Translations under genes and position numbers: made by a program
Notes under the pieces: model-generated
The model's database searches: none
What the model was told of the DNA's origin: nothing
Seen by the model: the letters and a program-made list of their open reading frames with translations, nothing else
In this document: positions 38,750-50,849 of the stretch, piece after piece
Layout: every line of letters begins with the position of its first letter
Numbering within the stretch: the stretch's first letter is position 1
NCBI GenBank assembly: GCA_024641635.1
Contig: JAHECS010000001.1
Location: 119,845 to 183,844 of the forward strand
DNA from: Actinomycetes bacterium
GTDB lineage: Bacteria > Actinomycetota > Actinomycetes > S36-B12
Length of the DNA: 64,000 nucleotides
Direction: 5' to 3'

Positions 38750-38815
38750 GGCGAGGCCGGGGCCTCCACCACGGCCGCATAGACTCCCCACGCCGTCACG
38801 TCGAAGGGGTCCCAC

Positions 38816-39658
38816 ATGTCCGGCAGCAAGCGCCAGCGCGAGCTCGCCCGAGCGAAGTACGAGCGTCAGCAGGCCCGACGGGCCGCCCAGTCCGACCGAC
38901 GACGCCGGAACCAGCGGATCACGGCGGTGGTGGTCGTCGGGGTCCTCGTAGTCGGCGCGCTCGCCTACGTCGGGATCAGCAGGACGACCTCGGATGACGC
39001 CGTGACGGCCGAGGCCACCGCGCCCGCCAGTGCATCCGCGAGCGCCGAGCCGACCGCAGCCGCCTCGGAGGGGGCCTCTGGCGCCCCGATCGAGGAGTCG
39101 GCCGTCCTCGACTGCGCCGCCCCGATGACTCCGCGCCCGGACGACATCACGTTCGACGCGCCGGGAGATGCGGGAACGGCGACCACGATCACCTTGACAA
39201 CCAACTGCGGCGACATCGTCATTGCCCTGGATGAGGCAGCCCCTGAGACGGTCGCGAGCGAGGCCTTCCTCGCGCAGCAGGGCTTCTACGACGCCACGCA
39301 GTGCCACCGGCTCACGACGCAGGGCATCTTCGTGCTCCAGTGCGGCGACCCCGCCGGGGACGGCACCGGGGGCCCGGGCTACACCGTCCCGGACGAGAAC
39401 CTTCCCGCCGACGGTGAGGCGAACTACCCCGCGGGCACGGTGGCGATGGCGAACGCCGGCCCAGGAACGGCGGGCTCGCAGTTCTTCATCGTCTACGACG
39501 ACACAACCCTGCCCGGCGACTACACGATCTGGGGCACCGTCACGTCCGGCCTCGACATCGTGCAGGAGGTCGCGTCGGCGGGGACCGAGGACGGTGGATC
39601 GGACGGTCCGCCGCGTCAGCCCGTGGTTATCGAAACGGCAACGGTGCAGCCGAACTAG
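38816..39658 (+). CDS. Membrane-anchored cyclophilin-type peptidyl-prolyl isomerase
   Basis: N-terminal TM, CHRLTT, LQCGDP, AMAN, GSQFF, YTIWG. Confidence 0.93.
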   Translation: MSGSKRQRELARAKYERQQARRAAQSDRRRRNQRITAVVVVGVLVVGALAYVGISRTTSDDAVTAEATAPASASASAEPTAAASEGASGAPIEESAVLDCAAPMTPRPDDITFDAPGDAGTATTITLTTNCGDIVIALDEAAPETVASEAFLAQQGFYDATQCHRLTTQGIFVLQCGDPAGDGTGGPGYTVPDENLPADGEANYPAGTVAMANAGPGTAGSQFFIVYDDTTLPGDYTIWGTVTSGLDIVQEVASAGTEDGGSDGPPRQPVVIETATVQPN

Positions 39659-39741
39659 TAGCGCCTACTAGGGTGAATCCCCGAGAGTGGACAGGCCCGC
39701 GTCGCACCCCGGCGGCGCGTCCCCGGAAAGCAGGATGATCG

Positions 39742-40983
39742 ATGCCCGAGAACGGCGTCCCCACGCCAGCGGCGCTTCGCCCGCCCGCGGCGGTCACGTC
39801 GAGTGACCCCTCGCGGTTCGGCCGCGTCGAGCCGGACGGCACCGTGATCCTCCTCGCGCCCGAGGGCGAGGTGGTCGTCGGCCAGTGGGCGGCTGGCGAT
39901 CCGGCAGACGGTCTCGCCTTCTTCGGCCGCAAGTACGACGATCTCGTGGTCGAGATGGATCTCACCGAGAAGCGCCTTGAGGACGGGCGCGCGACGGCCG
40001 AGCAGGCCGACGCCGTCCTCACGAAGGTGAGGGAGGGCCTCGAGGCACGGTCCTTCGTCGGCGACATCCCCAGCCTCGAGGCGCGGTGCGATCGGCTGGC
40101 CACGGCGATCGGGGCGGCTCGCGAGGAGTCCCGCCTCCGGAAGGCCGAGCAGCGCGAGGCTGCCATGGTCACCCGGCGGGCGTTGGCGGATGAGGCAGAG
40201 TCCCTGAGCGAATCCACCTCGTGGAAGGGCACGACCGAGCGCTACGCCGCCATCGTCGAGGAGTGGAAGGCGCTGCCTCGAGGCGACCGCGGTGCCGAGC
40301 AGGAGCAGTGGCAGCGCATCAGCTCGGCCCGCACGGCATTCGACAAGCGGCGGCGCCAGCACTTCGGCGAGCTGGACAGCCAGCGCAAGGAGGCAGTCAC
40401 CCGCAAGCGGGACCTGATCGCCAAGGCCGAGGCGCTCGCCACCTCCACCGACTGGGCTCGGACGTCCAAGCAGCTGCGCGACCTCATGGGTGACTGGAAG
40501 GCAGCCCCACGCGGGTCCCGTGCGGACGAGGACCGACTCTGGAAGCGCTTCAAGGCCGCCCAGGACGTGTTCTACACCGCCCGCACTGCTGCCGAGGACG
40601 CCGAGCAGGAGCAGCTGCGCGAGAACGTGCCGGCCAAGGAGTCCCTCGTCGTCGAGGCCGAGGCCCTGCTGCCTCTGGGAGACCTCAAGGCCGCCAAGAC
40701 CAGCCTCCGCTCGATCCAGGATCGTTGGGACAAGGTCGGCGATCTGCCTCGCAACGACCGAGAGCGGCTCGAGAAGCGGCTCAAGAAGGTCGAGGAGGCC
40801 ATCCGAGCGGCTGAGGCGGACGCCTGGAAGGGCTCCACCGGCGGTGTCGCGACCGATGCCTTCACGGAGGCCCTGGCCCGACTCCAGGAGAAGCGCGACG
40901 CGGCCGCGGCACGCGGCGACGACGAGACGGCCTCGGCACTCGACGAGCAGATCGCGTCGACACGAGCCCTGATGGGCCGGTAG
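39742..40983 (+). CDS. DUF349 domain protein
   Basis: FGRVEPDG start, repeated W..L..EWK/LWKRF helical units typical of this actinobacterial protein. Confidence 0.88.
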   Translation: MPENGVPTPAALRPPAAVTSSDPSRFGRVEPDGTVILLAPEGEVVVGQWAAGDPADGLAFFGRKYDDLVVEMDLTEKRLEDGRATAEQADAVLTKVREGLEARSFVGDIPSLEARCDRLATAIGAAREESRLRKAEQREAAMVTRRALADEAESLSESTSWKGTTERYAAIVEEWKALPRGDRGAEQEQWQRISSARTAFDKRRRQHFGELDSQRKEAVTRKRDLIAKAEALATSTDWARTSKQLRDLMGDWKAAPRGSRADEDRLWKRFKAAQDVFYTARTAAEDAEQEQLRENVPAKESLVVEAEALLPLGDLKAAKTSLRSIQDRWDKVGDLPRNDRERLEKRLKKVEEAIRAAEADAWKGSTGGVATDAFTEALARLQEKRDAAAARGDDETASALDEQIASTRALMGR

Positions 40984-40989
40984 CAGCGG

Positions 40990-43269
40990 TCAGACGCGGT
41001 ACGCGTCGAACACGCCTTCCACCTGACGCACGGCCTTGAGCACCGACCCGAGGTGCTTGGGGTCGGCCATCTCGAAGGTGAACCGGGAGATGGCGATCCG
41101 CTCCCGGGATGTCGTCACCGAGGCACTCAGGATGTTCACGTGGGTGTCGGACAGTGCTCGGGTGACGTCGGACAGCAGCCGAGCCCGGTCGAGGGCCTCC
41201 ACCTGGATGTTCACCAGGAAGACGCTGCTCGACGTCGGCGCCCACTCGACCTCGACCATGCGGTCCGGCTCGGCCTGAAGGCCAGGGACGTTCACGCAGT
41301 CGGCGCGGTGGACGGAGACGCCCGCCCCGCGAGTGACGAATCCGACGATGTCGTCGCCGGGCACGGGGGTGCAGCAGCGGGCCAGCTTGATCCAGACATC
41401 GTCGACGCCCTTGACCACGACGCCGACGTCCCCCTGCGTCCGTTGCCGGGACCCCTGCACCTGCGTCGGGCTGATCGCCTCGGCCGCGTCGTCAACCGCC
41501 CCCTCGACGCCGCCCGCCGAATCGACGAGCCGCTTGACGATGGTGTCTGCCGAGATGCGGCCCTCCCCCACGGACGCATAGAGGGCCGAGATGTCCGCTT
41601 GGTGAAGGCCCGCGGCGATCGTCGTCAGGGCCTGATTGGTCATCATGCGCTGCAGCGGCAGTCCCTGCTTGCGCATGGCCCGGACGATGGCGTCCTTGCC
41701 GGTCTCGACCGCCTCGTCGCGTCGCTCCTTCGAGAACCAGGCCTTGATCTTCGACCGGGCTCGCGGGGACTGCACGTAGGTCAGCCAGTCACGACTCGGG
41801 CCGGCGCCCTCGGCCTTCGAGGTGAAGATCTCCACGACGTCGCCGTTCTCGAGCGAGGACTCGAGGGGAACGAGCTTGCCGTTGACCCGGGCACCGACGC
41901 ATCGGTGTCCGACCTCGGTGTGGACGGAGTACGCGAAGTCGACGGGGGTCGCATTCGCAGGCAGCGCGATCACATCGCCCTTCGGCGTGAACACGAACAC
42001 CTCTGAGGACCCGAGGTCATAGCGAAGCGAGTCCAGGAACTCGTCGGGGTCCTCGGTCTCGCGCTGCCACTCGAGCAGCTGTCGCAGCCAGCCGAAGTCG
42101 TCCGGGGCGCTCTTCCCCGACCCGTCCTGCTGCTTGTAGCGCCAGTGCGCGGCCACGCCGAACTCCGCGGAACGGTGCATGTCCTGCGTCCGGATCTGCA
42201 GCTCGACCGGCTTGCCCTCAGGTCCGATCACCGTGGTGTGGAGGGATTGGTACATGTTGAACTTCGGCATGGCGATGAAGTCCTTGAAGCGCCCCGGGAC
42301 CGGACTCCACTTCGAATGCACGATGCCCAGCGCGGCGTAGCAGTCGCGCACGCTCTCGACGAGGATGCGGACGCCGACGAGGTCATAGATGTCGGCGAAG
42401 TCACGGCCGCGCACGATCATCTTCTGGTAGACGGAGTAGTAGTGCTTCGGGCGACCGGTCACGACCGCCTTCACCTTGGCACCCTTGAGATCCGCCTCGA
42501 TCTGGTCGATGACGACCGCGAGGTACTGGTCCCGCGAAGGGGCGCGCTGGCCGACGAGGCGGACGATCTCCTCGTACATCTTCGGGTACAGCGTGGCGAA
42601 GGAGAGGTCCTCGAGTTCCCACTTGATCGCGTTCATGCCGAGGCGATGCGCGAGCGGCGCGTAGATCTCCAGCGTCTCGCGGGCCTTGGTCTGCTGCTTG
42701 TCGTCCGGCATCCATCGCAGCGTGCGCATGTTGTGCAGGCGGTCGGCGAGCTTGATGACGAGCACCCGGATGTCGCGGGCCATGGCGATGACCATCTTCC
42801 GCACCGTCTCGGCCGCAGACGCCTCCCCGTAACGGACACGGTCGAGCTTCGTCACACCGTCGACGAGTTGGGCGATCTCGTCGCCGAAGTCCTCGCGGAG
42901 CGCATCCAGCGCGTACCCGCAGTCCTCGACGGTGTCGTGCAGGAGGGCCGCGGCGAGCGTCGGAGCGGTCATGCCCAGGTCGGCCAGGATCGTCGCCACC
43001 GCGAGGGGGTGGGTGATGTACGCCTCGCCGGAGCGTCGCTTCTGGTCCCGGTGCAGGTACGCAGCCATCTCGTAGGCGCGTTCGACCAGGCGCGCGTCAG
43101 CCTTCGGGTGGTACTTGCGCAGGGTGCGGAGAAGCGGCTCGAGCTCGGGGAAGTTCGGACGGGACCCGGCCAATCGGGCGAAACGCGAGCGAAAGCCACC
43201 GGAGTCCGACACGACGACGGTCGGGGCCGCGGAAAGCGGCTCCGACGGAAGCGCGTCCTCCTTCGCCAA
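40990..43269 (-). CDS. relA: Bifunctional (p)ppGpp synthetase/hydrolase Rel
   Basis: YITHP, LLHD, GRPKH, RFKD, YQSLH, TGS, CC and ACT domains; start set at TTG 43269 after GGGGAGGGGAG. Confidence 0.96.
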   Translation of the reverse strand: MAKEDALPSEPLSAAPTVVVSDSGGFRSRFARLAGSRPNFPELEPLLRTLRKYHPKADARLVERAYEMAAYLHRDQKRRSGEAYITHPLAVATILADLGMTAPTLAAALLHDTVEDCGYALDALREDFGDEIAQLVDGVTKLDRVRYGEASAAETVRKMVIAMARDIRVLVIKLADRLHNMRTLRWMPDDKQQTKARETLEIYAPLAHRLGMNAIKWELEDLSFATLYPKMYEEIVRLVGQRAPSRDQYLAVVIDQIEADLKGAKVKAVVTGRPKHYYSVYQKMIVRGRDFADIYDLVGVRILVESVRDCYAALGIVHSKWSPVPGRFKDFIAMPKFNMYQSLHTTVIGPEGKPVELQIRTQDMHRSAEFGVAAHWRYKQQDGSGKSAPDDFGWLRQLLEWQRETEDPDEFLDSLRYDLGSSEVFVFTPKGDVIALPANATPVDFAYSVHTEVGHRCVGARVNGKLVPLESSLENGDVVEIFTSKAEGAGPSRDWLTYVQSPRARSKIKAWFSKERRDEAVETGKDAIVRAMRKQGLPLQRMMTNQALTTIAAGLHQADISALYASVGEGRISADTIVKRLVDSAGGVEGAVDDAAEAISPTQVQGSRQRTQGDVGVVVKGVDDVWIKLARCCTPVPGDDIVGFVTRGAGVSVHRADCVNVPGLQAEPDRMVEVEWAPTSSSVFLVNIQVEALDRARLLSDVTRALSDTHVNILSASVTTSRERIAISRFTFEMADPKHLGSVLKAVRQVEGVFDAYRV

Positions 43270-43292
43270 CTCCCCTCCCCGGTTGCGTGCCC

Positions 43293-43850
43293 TCAGTGTA
43301 CGGGCGCGTCGCCGTCCAGCAGCGCGGCGACGGCCACGCCGCGGTCGCGTACGCGCTCGCCGCCGCCGAGTGACGGCAGGTCCATGATCACGGCGAGATG
43401 GGCTATCTCCGCGCCGGTTCGACGCACGAGATCGATGGCGGCGCACGCCGTGCCACCTGTCGCGAGGACGTCGTCCACGATGATGACCCGCGTCCCCGAG
43501 CTGAGCGCGTCCTGATGCAGCTCAAGGGACGCCGAGCCGTACTCCAGGTCGTATGACTCCCTGTGGACCTCTCCCGGGAGCTTCCCGGGCTTGCGCAGCG
43601 TGACGAACCCGGCCCCGAGGTGGTACGCCAGCGCGGCTGCGTAGGGGAAGCCTCGGGCCTCGATCCCCACGACCGCGTCCACGCGTCCACGGCCGAGCTC
43701 GACGGCCATCAGATCCACGGCCGTCCCGAAGGCGTGCGGATCGGCCATCAGCGGACTGAGGTCGCGGAAGAGCACTCCCGGCTTGGGCCAGTCGGCGATG
43801 TCCCGGACGCGCGACCACAGCAGCCGCTCGGCGGCCGTCCGGTCGAACAC
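43293..43850 (-). CDS. apt: Adenine phosphoribosyltransferase
   Basis: [34 protein letters not shown]. Confidence 0.96.
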   Translation of the reverse strand: MFDRTAAERLLWSRVRDIADWPKPGVLFRDLSPLMADPHAFGTAVDLMAVELGRGRVDAVVGIEARGFPYAAALAYHLGAGFVTLRKPGKLPGEVHRESYDLEYGSASLELHQDALSSGTRVIIVDDVLATGGTACAAIDLVRRTGAEIAHLAVIMDLPSLGGGERVRDRGVAVAALLDGDAPVH

Positions 43851-43851
43851 G

Positions 43852-44979
43852 TCAGCCCTTGCGCTTGGAGCGGGCCTGGCGCCGCGGCTGCTGCCGTGTG
43901 GACGAATCGGTGCGCGTGAGGGATCCCGTCGCACCAGACGTGGGCCGCTTGGTCGCGCCCTTGTCGCCCTCCGTCTCGTCGCCCGCGTCGGCAGCCGGCG
44001 CTGACGTGCCCTGCGACTGCTTGCGTCGGGCCAGGACCCGGGCCTGCAGCGACTTCATGTCGGGCTGACGCTCCTTGAGCTGGACGAGGAACGGCGTCGC
44101 GATGAAGATCGACGAGTAGGTGCCTGCTGCCATGCCGATGGCCAGGGCCACCGCGAGGTCGAGCAGCGTGCCCGCGCCCAGGAAGCCTGCGCCGACGACG
44201 ATGATGGCCAGGACGGGCAGCAGCGCGACGACCGACGTATTGATCGATCTGACGAGCGTCTGGTTCATGGCCAGGTTGGCGGCCTCGCCGTACGTCATCA
44301 CCGACTGCCCGGCGATCCCTCGCGTGTTCTCCTTGACCTTGTCGAACACGACGACGGTGTCATACAGCGAGTACCCGAGGATCGTGAGGAGACCGATGAC
44401 CGTTGCCGGCGTGACCTCCAGACCGGTGAGCGCGTAGATGCCCACCGTGATGACGAGGTCGTGCGCCAGCGCCACGAGGGCCGCCGCCGCCATCCGCCAT
44501 TCGAAGTAGAGCGAGAGGAACACCGTCACCAGGAGGAGGAACACGATCAGGCCCTGGAGTGCCTTCTTGGAGATCTCCTCGCCCCACGTCGGCCCGACGA
44601 CCTGGACCTTGACCTCCTCCTTGGGGATCCCGCATGCCTCCGCGAGCTGACCCGCGACGACCGAGCTCTCCGCCGGCGTGAGGGTCTCAGTCTGGACACG
44701 GATCGTTCCGCTGGCCGTCTCCGTGACGATGACCTGGGCCCCCGTCGACGCCTCGCCGACAGTCCTGGCCTCCTCCACCGAGCAGGTCGCGTTGGGCAGC
44801 GAGAAGTCCGCTCCCCCTCGGAACTCGATGCCGAGGTTCAGCTGGCGCGTGAAGAGTGCCGCGATCGCGACCAGGACGATGACGGCCGAGATGGCGTACC
44901 AGCGACGTCGTCGGCCGACGAAGTCGTACGAGACCTCACCGGCGTAGAGCCGATGGCCCAGCCCTCCGATGCGACTCAT
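43852..44979 (-). CDS. secF: Protein translocase subunit SecF
   Basis: LGIEFRGG, GYSLYDTVVVFD, RSINTS. Confidence 0.96.
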   Translation of the reverse strand: MSRIGGLGHRLYAGEVSYDFVGRRRRWYAISAVIVLVAIAALFTRQLNLGIEFRGGADFSLPNATCSVEEARTVGEASTGAQVIVTETASGTIRVQTETLTPAESSVVAGQLAEACGIPKEEVKVQVVGPTWGEEISKKALQGLIVFLLLVTVFLSLYFEWRMAAAALVALAHDLVITVGIYALTGLEVTPATVIGLLTILGYSLYDTVVVFDKVKENTRGIAGQSVMTYGEAANLAMNQTLVRSINTSVVALLPVLAIIVVGAGFLGAGTLLDLAVALAIGMAAGTYSSIFIATPFLVQLKERQPDMKSLQARVLARRKQSQGTSAPAADAGDETEGDKGATKRPTSGATGSLTRTDSSTRQQPRRQARSKRKG

Positions 44980-46682
44980 GAGGACACCTCCTGCTTGGGG
45001 CTGCGTCGTCTCGACGCCTTGGCGAGGGAGCCGGCGACCGAGGCGCCCCCCAGTCGGTCAGGATCGAGTCCCGTCCACCGCGAGCCGCGCTGCATCCACG
45101 ACGAGCGACCCATGAGGACGACCAGGGGGTGGCTGAACCAGAAGGCGACGATGACGTCGATCAGGGTGGTCAGGCCCAGAACGAAGGCGAAGCCCCGGAC
45201 ACTGCCCACGGACAGGAAGTACAGGACCACCGCAGCCAGCAGCGAGACGAAGTCGGCCGCCAGCAGTGTGCGCCGAGCACGGACCCAGCCAGTGTCACAT
45301 GCCTGACGAAGCGAGCGCCCCTCGCGAATCTCGTCACGGATGCGCTCGAAGTAGACGATGAACGAGTCCGCCGTGATGCCGATGGCGACAATGGCACCGG
45401 CAATTCCCGCCAGGGTCAGCGTCAGGCCGATCGTCTTGCTGAGCACCACGAAGGTCAGGTAGAGGATGACGCCCGCGACCGCCAGGGACAGCACCGCGAC
45501 GACGCCCAGCGCCCGGTAGTACGCCAGGAGGTAGACGGCGACGAGCAGCAGTCCCAGTGCGCCGGCGATGATGCCGGCCCGCAGCTGGTCGCTCCCGACG
45601 GTGGGCGACACGGTCGTGATGTCGACGGGCTCCAGGGTCACCGGCAGGGCGCCGTACTTGAGGACGTTCGCGAGGTCGCGAGCCTCCTGAGCGGTGAAGT
45701 TGCCCTCGATCTGCGCCTGGCCGCCGAGGATCGGCTCGTTGAACCGGGGCGCCGACGTCACGACGCCGTCAAGGACGATGGCGAACGCGTTGCAGGGATT
45801 GGCGCCCTGCAGACCGCACTCGGGCAGCGAGGTGAGCTTCGTGGATGCCTCGGCGAGCGCCTTGGCGCCCTCCGAGTCGAACTCCAGGGAGACAACCCAC
45901 CCGACGCCGCCCTGAGGCAGCACCGCGTTGGCATTGGTCACGTTGGTGCCCTGGATGAACGCGGGCTCGAGGTTGTACTTCGTCGTCCCCGAGGTGTCGC
46001 AGGTGCCCAGCCACAGATTCGGGTCGTCCGGGCGACCGCCCGTGAAGTTGACCGGATTGGTGCAGTCGAGGGCGGCGATCTGCTGCTGGAACTCGGGCGT
46101 GTTGTCCGCTGCCTGGATGAGGTCGGGAGCGGGGGCTGCCGAATCCGTGGGCGAGGCGCTGGGCTGGGCGCTGGCAGCCGGCTCGGCGGTGGCTGAGGCG
46201 GCAGGGCTGGCCGAGGCCTGCGGCGACGCCGACGACTCGGGTGCCGCCGACGGCGACGCTGAAGCGTCTGCCGCTGTCGGATCGGCGATCGGGCTGTAGA
46301 TGCCCCAGACCGGCCGGAAGTCGAGCAGCGCTGTGCGCTGGACGAGGTCGACGACACGATCCTGGTTCACCCCCGGGACCGATACGACGATGACGGCACC
46401 GTCACCAGAGCCCTGCGTCGTCACCTCGGCCTCGGAGACGCCAAGCCCGTTGACACGCTGGCGGATGATGGACACCGTCTGCTGCAGTTGCTCCTCGGTG
46501 ATGCTGGCGCCCTCGGTCACCGGGTTGGGCTTGAGGATGACCTGCGTACCGCCCTGCAGGTCGAGACCGAGCCGCACGGACGTGTCCGTGCCCGGCCAGA
46601 ACGCGACTGCCGACAGTCCGATGATCAGGACGGCGAGTGCGACGAGCAGCCGGACCGGCTTGCTGCTGGGCGGTGGCGCCAC
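44976..46682 (-). CDS. secD: Protein translocase subunit SecD
   Basis: LGLDLQGG, LKYGALP, GITADSFIVYFERIRDE. Confidence 0.96.
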   Translation of the reverse strand: MAPPPSSKPVRLLVALAVLIIGLSAVAFWPGTDTSVRLGLDLQGGTQVILKPNPVTEGASITEEQLQQTVSIIRQRVNGLGVSEAEVTTQGSGDGAVIVVSVPGVNQDRVVDLVQRTALLDFRPVWGIYSPIADPTAADASASPSAAPESSASPQASASPAASATAEPAASAQPSASPTDSAAPAPDLIQAADNTPEFQQQIAALDCTNPVNFTGGRPDDPNLWLGTCDTSGTTKYNLEPAFIQGTNVTNANAVLPQGGVGWVVSLEFDSEGAKALAEASTKLTSLPECGLQGANPCNAFAIVLDGVVTSAPRFNEPILGGQAQIEGNFTAQEARDLANVLKYGALPVTLEPVDITTVSPTVGSDQLRAGIIAGALGLLLVAVYLLAYYRALGVVAVLSLAVAGVILYLTFVVLSKTIGLTLTLAGIAGAIVAIGITADSFIVYFERIRDEIREGRSLRQACDTGWVRARRTLLAADFVSLLAAVVLYFLSVGSVRGFAFVLGLTTLIDVIVAFWFSHPLVVLMGRSSWMQRGSRWTGLDPDRLGGASVAGSLAKASRRRSPKQEVSS

Positions 46683-46762
46683 GGTGCTCCTTCAGGGTCA
46701 AGCGTGCGGACGTGCGTGGTCCGCCGACGCGCGGTGTGAACGCGACAGGTCGGCGAGCGCGG

Positions 46763-47077
46763 TCAGTCTACGGGGGGTTCCTCGCCGGTCGGCTCAGGCA
46801 CGTCCCCGTCGCCGCCGCCGGCCGGCTCGATGACCCGAGCGACGGCCGCCGGGACGATCCGCAGGAACACGCCCGGGGACACCTCGAGGCTCACCTGCTC
46901 AGCCGTGACGACGGCCACAGTCCCGAAGATGCCGGCGGTGGTCATGACCTCCGCCCCCGGCTGCAGCGCGGCAACCAGCGCCTGCTGCTGCTTCTGGCGC
47001 TGCCGCCCTGGTCGGATGATGAGGAAGTAGAAGGCAGCACCGGCACCCACGAGCAAGAGCAGGCTGGTGGGGTCCAC
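46763..47077 (-). CDS. yajC: Preprotein translocase subunit YajC
   Basis: FYFLIIRPGRQRQK, PGAEVMTTAGIFG; GTG start 47077. Confidence 0.93.
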   Translation of the reverse strand: MDPTSLLLLVGAGAAFYFLIIRPGRQRQKQQQALVAALQPGAEVMTTAGIFGTVAVVTAEQVSLEVSPGVFLRIVPAAVARVIEPAGGGDGDVPEPTGEEPPVD

Positions 47078-47135
47078 GGCATCTCCAGGGTTCGGGCGCC
47101 AACCGGCGCGACCACAGGAGGCTACCTGAGCCCCT

Positions 47136-48157
<1,022 letters not shown>

Positions 48158-48161
<4 letters not shown>

Positions 48162-48784
48162 GAGCGGTCCAGGCCCCTCAGGGCGGCCTTCAGCAGCGCA
48201 CCGACATCGACCGACGGCCCTGCGGCGGTCGCCTCGGCCGCCACCTGGGGGTCGATGGTGGCGATGGCCGCATCCGCCTCTCGGGCGGACCAGCCCAGCG
48301 AGGTGAGCCCGGCCGCCACGGCGGCCTGCCAGCCCCCGGCCGTGGTGCTGGCCGACCCCGGCGCGGTCGACACCGACGAGGGCAGTGGGCCGAGACGGTC
48401 GGCGAGCTCGAGGATGAGGCGCTGCGCGCCCTTGCGGCCGATACCCGGCACCTTCGTGAGGGCCGCCTCGTCCCCCGAGGCCATCGCGCGTCGCAGCTCG
48501 TCCGGCGTGAGGGTGCCCAGCAGGGCCAGGGCGATGCGCGGCCCGATGCCCGACACCGTCTGGACCTGCTCGAAGACGGCGCGCTCATCGGGATCGGCGA
48601 ACCCAAACAGGGTCCAGCCGTCCTCGCGCACCACCATCGTTGTCATGAGCTCGACGTGCTCGCCGTGGCGCAGCCCCATCGCAGTGCCGGGAGTGCACTG
48701 GACCGTCACGCCGACCGAGCCGAGGTCGACGACGACGGTGTCCGGACCGGCGTGCAGCACCGTGCCGCGAACGAACGAGATCAT
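48158..48784 (-). CDS. ruvA: Holliday junction branch migration protein RuvA
   Basis: [32 protein letters not shown] HhH motifs. Confidence 0.96.
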
Positions 48785-49293
48785 CGAGCGGCCGCCACGG
48801 CACGCTCGAGGCGTCGCTGCGCCTCGCCACGCCACACCTGGCAGATGGCGATCGCGACGGCATCGGCCGCGTCGGCGGGGCGCGGAGGAGCCGGCAGCCT
48901 GAGCAGCCGGGTGACCATGGACGTCACCTGCGCCTTGTCGGCGCGACCACTGCCCGTGACGGCAGCCTTGACCTCGGTGGGAGTGTGCAGGGACACCGGG
49001 ATCCCCAGCCGGCCGGCGATCAGCAGCCCCATGGCCGCCGCCTGGGCCGTCCCCATCGCCGTGCGCACGTTGTGCTGGCTGAAGACCCGCTCGATCGCGA
49101 TGGCGTCAGGTGAATGCTCCTCGACCAGCTCGAGCAGGCCTGCCTCCACGCTCGCCAGCCGGCGTTCGATGGGCTCACCCGGATCGGTGCGGATCACGCC
49201 GATGTGGACGGCGGTCAGGGTGCGCCCCGGAGCACCGTCGACGACGGCCGTGCCGCAACGGGTGAGGCCGGGATCGACGCCGAGGACCCGCAT
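48781..49293 (-). CDS. ruvC: Crossover junction endodeoxyribonuclease RuvC
   Basis: [25 protein letters not shown]. Confidence 0.97.
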   Translation of the reverse strand: MRVLGVDPGLTRCGTAVVDGAPGRTLTAVHIGVIRTDPGEPIERRLASVEAGLLELVEEHSPDAIAIERVFSQHNVRTAMGTAQAAAMGLLIAGRLGIPVSLHTPTEVKAAVTGSGRADKAQVTSMVTRLLRLPAPPRPADAADAVAIAICQVWRGEAQRRLERAVAAAR

Positions 49294-49328
49294 CGCCGCC
49301 TCCGTCCGGTCCCGGGTGGCCGGATCGT

Positions 49329-49344
49329 CCGAACACCTGTTCGG
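49329..49344. promoter_or_regulatory. LexA (SOS) box upstream of ruvCAB
   Basis: CCGAAC-ACCT-GTTCGG palindrome matches the Gram-positive CGAAC-N4-GTTCG consensus; abuts a minus-strand TAACCT -10 at 49351-49346. Confidence 0.85.
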
Positions 49345-49364
49345 AAGGTTAGTGGGTCGGGCCG

Positions 49365-50849
49365 TCAGACTCCGGGACCAGCGAGGTCCGCCGATGGCGT
49401 GTCGCCGCCACCGGAGACGTCCGGGGTGACCGGCTCGGCATAGCGGTCCGCCGGCCCGACGGGGATCCCGGTGACCTCCGTGAAGCCGGCCCGCAGGTCA
49501 TCGACGAGGTCGGCAAGATCGGTGACGGCACGATCGTCGGCGGAGATCCCGATGTAGGCGGTCGCGTCGTAGGTGACCATCGTGATGTTGACGGCCGCGC
49601 CGATGGTCGCCACGAGCGGGTAGACGGCGATCATGCGCACGCCCGCCAGGTAGAGGGGGATCGGCGGCCCCGGCACGTTGCTCGTCGTCACATCGGACGC
49701 CTGAGCGGCCTGGGCGAGCATGGGGACGGGGACGAACCAGCTGACCTCCGCCAGCGGGTCGGCGAGTCGGATCGCGGGCTCCTCGCGCCAGTGCTCCACG
49801 AGCGCGTGCGCGCTCTCCATGTGCTCGACGGTCGTGAGGCCGGCCACCGGCAGCGGGAAGCGGGCGATGCTGACGGCGTTCGAGGCCTGCCCTGAGCGAT
49901 CTCCGGCATCGCCACGCAGGCTGATGGGAACGTTCATCCGCAGTTCCTCGACGACCACCCCATGCCGCCGGTGGTACGCGTCCATCCCGAGGGCGATCGC
50001 CGCCAGGAACGCGTCATTGACGCTGAAGCCCTTGTCCTTGGCGGCTTTCCGGATCCCGGTGAAGGGCAGATCGAACGCGGCGAACCGATAGGTGGTCCCG
50101 CGCCCGACCATCACGGGAGAGAGCGGGCCATCGGGCACGGACGCGACTCGTCCGATCGACGTGACGGTGTCCCACGCCCTGCCCCATGTCGCTCGTGCAT
50201 CGGTCACCGTCCCCTTGGCGAGGTCGATGCTGCCGCGCACCGTCGATACCGCCAGGTCGGTCCCCCGGCGGAGCGTGTCGGCGAGGTTGGCATAGGTCAC
50301 GTCGCGGAGGCCGACGCTCTCCGCCTCCGGCGCCGGCGGCGGTTCGGCCTCGTTGGCGTCCGGCTCAGCGCCGAACTCGAACAGACTCAAGCCCATCATC
50401 ACGGTCGCCTGCCCGTCGGCGATGGAGTGGTGCAGCTTGAGGAGGAAGGCCGACTGGCCGTCGGGCAGGCCCTCGACAAGGGCCGCCTCCCACAGCGGGC
50501 GATTGTGATCGAAGTCGGTCAGGCTCATCCGGCGCGCGTCGTCGAGCAGCACCTGCCAGCCGCCGTCGCTGGGCAGTCGGTACCGCCGAAGGTGAACGTC
50601 GAGGTCGAAGTCCGGGTCGGCCGCCAGGCGGGGCGCCGTGAGCCCGAAGGCCCCATAGAGCGGCCGCATCCTGAGTGTGGGCACGAAGAGGGTGAGTCGC
50701 TCCACCCTGGCGCGCAGACGATCCCACTGGGGCGTGCCGTCGAGAACGGCGAGCGCGACGACGGTCGAGCGCATCGTCGGATCCCCGCTGGCCGTGCGGA
50801 ACGTCGCAGCATCCCAGCCCCGCATCTGGGTGCCGACGAAGTCGTTCAT
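49365..50849 (-). CDS. Wax ester synthase / diacylglycerol acyltransferase (WS/DGAT)
   Basis: Catalytic HHSIADG, RPLWE, SNVPGP; start overlaps yebC stop. Confidence 0.92.
   Translation of the reverse strand: MNDFVGTQMRGWDAATFRTASGDPTMRSTVVALAVLDGTPQWDRLRARVERLTLFVPTLRMRPLYGAFGLTAPRLAADPDFDLDVHLRRYRLPSDGGWQVLLDDARRMSLTDFDHNRPLWEAALVEGLPDGQSAFLLKLHHSIADGQATVMMGLSLFEFGAEPDANEAEPPPAPEAESVGLRDVTYANLADTLRRGTDLAVSTVRGSIDLAKGTVTDARATWGRAWDTVTSIGRVASVPDGPLSPVMVGRGTTYRFAAFDLPFTGIRKAAKDKGFSVNDAFLAAIALGMDAYHRRHGVVVEELRMNVPISLRGDAGDRSGQASNAVSIARFPLPVAGLTTVEHMESAHALVEHWREEPAIRLADPLAEVSWFVPVPMLAQAAQASDVTTSNVPGPPIPLYLAGVRMIAVYPLVATIGAAVNITMVTYDATAYIGISADDRAVTDLADLVDDLRAGFTEVTGIPVGPADRYAEPVTPDVSGGGDTPSADLAGPGV

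Noticed and set aside
38614-38829. 72-aa N-terminal extension of the MBL hydrolase given by the ORF track
   Set aside because: A good RBS precedes GTG 38613, homology starts there, and the extension overlaps the divergent cyclophilin start; kept only as an alternative in the repeat finding.
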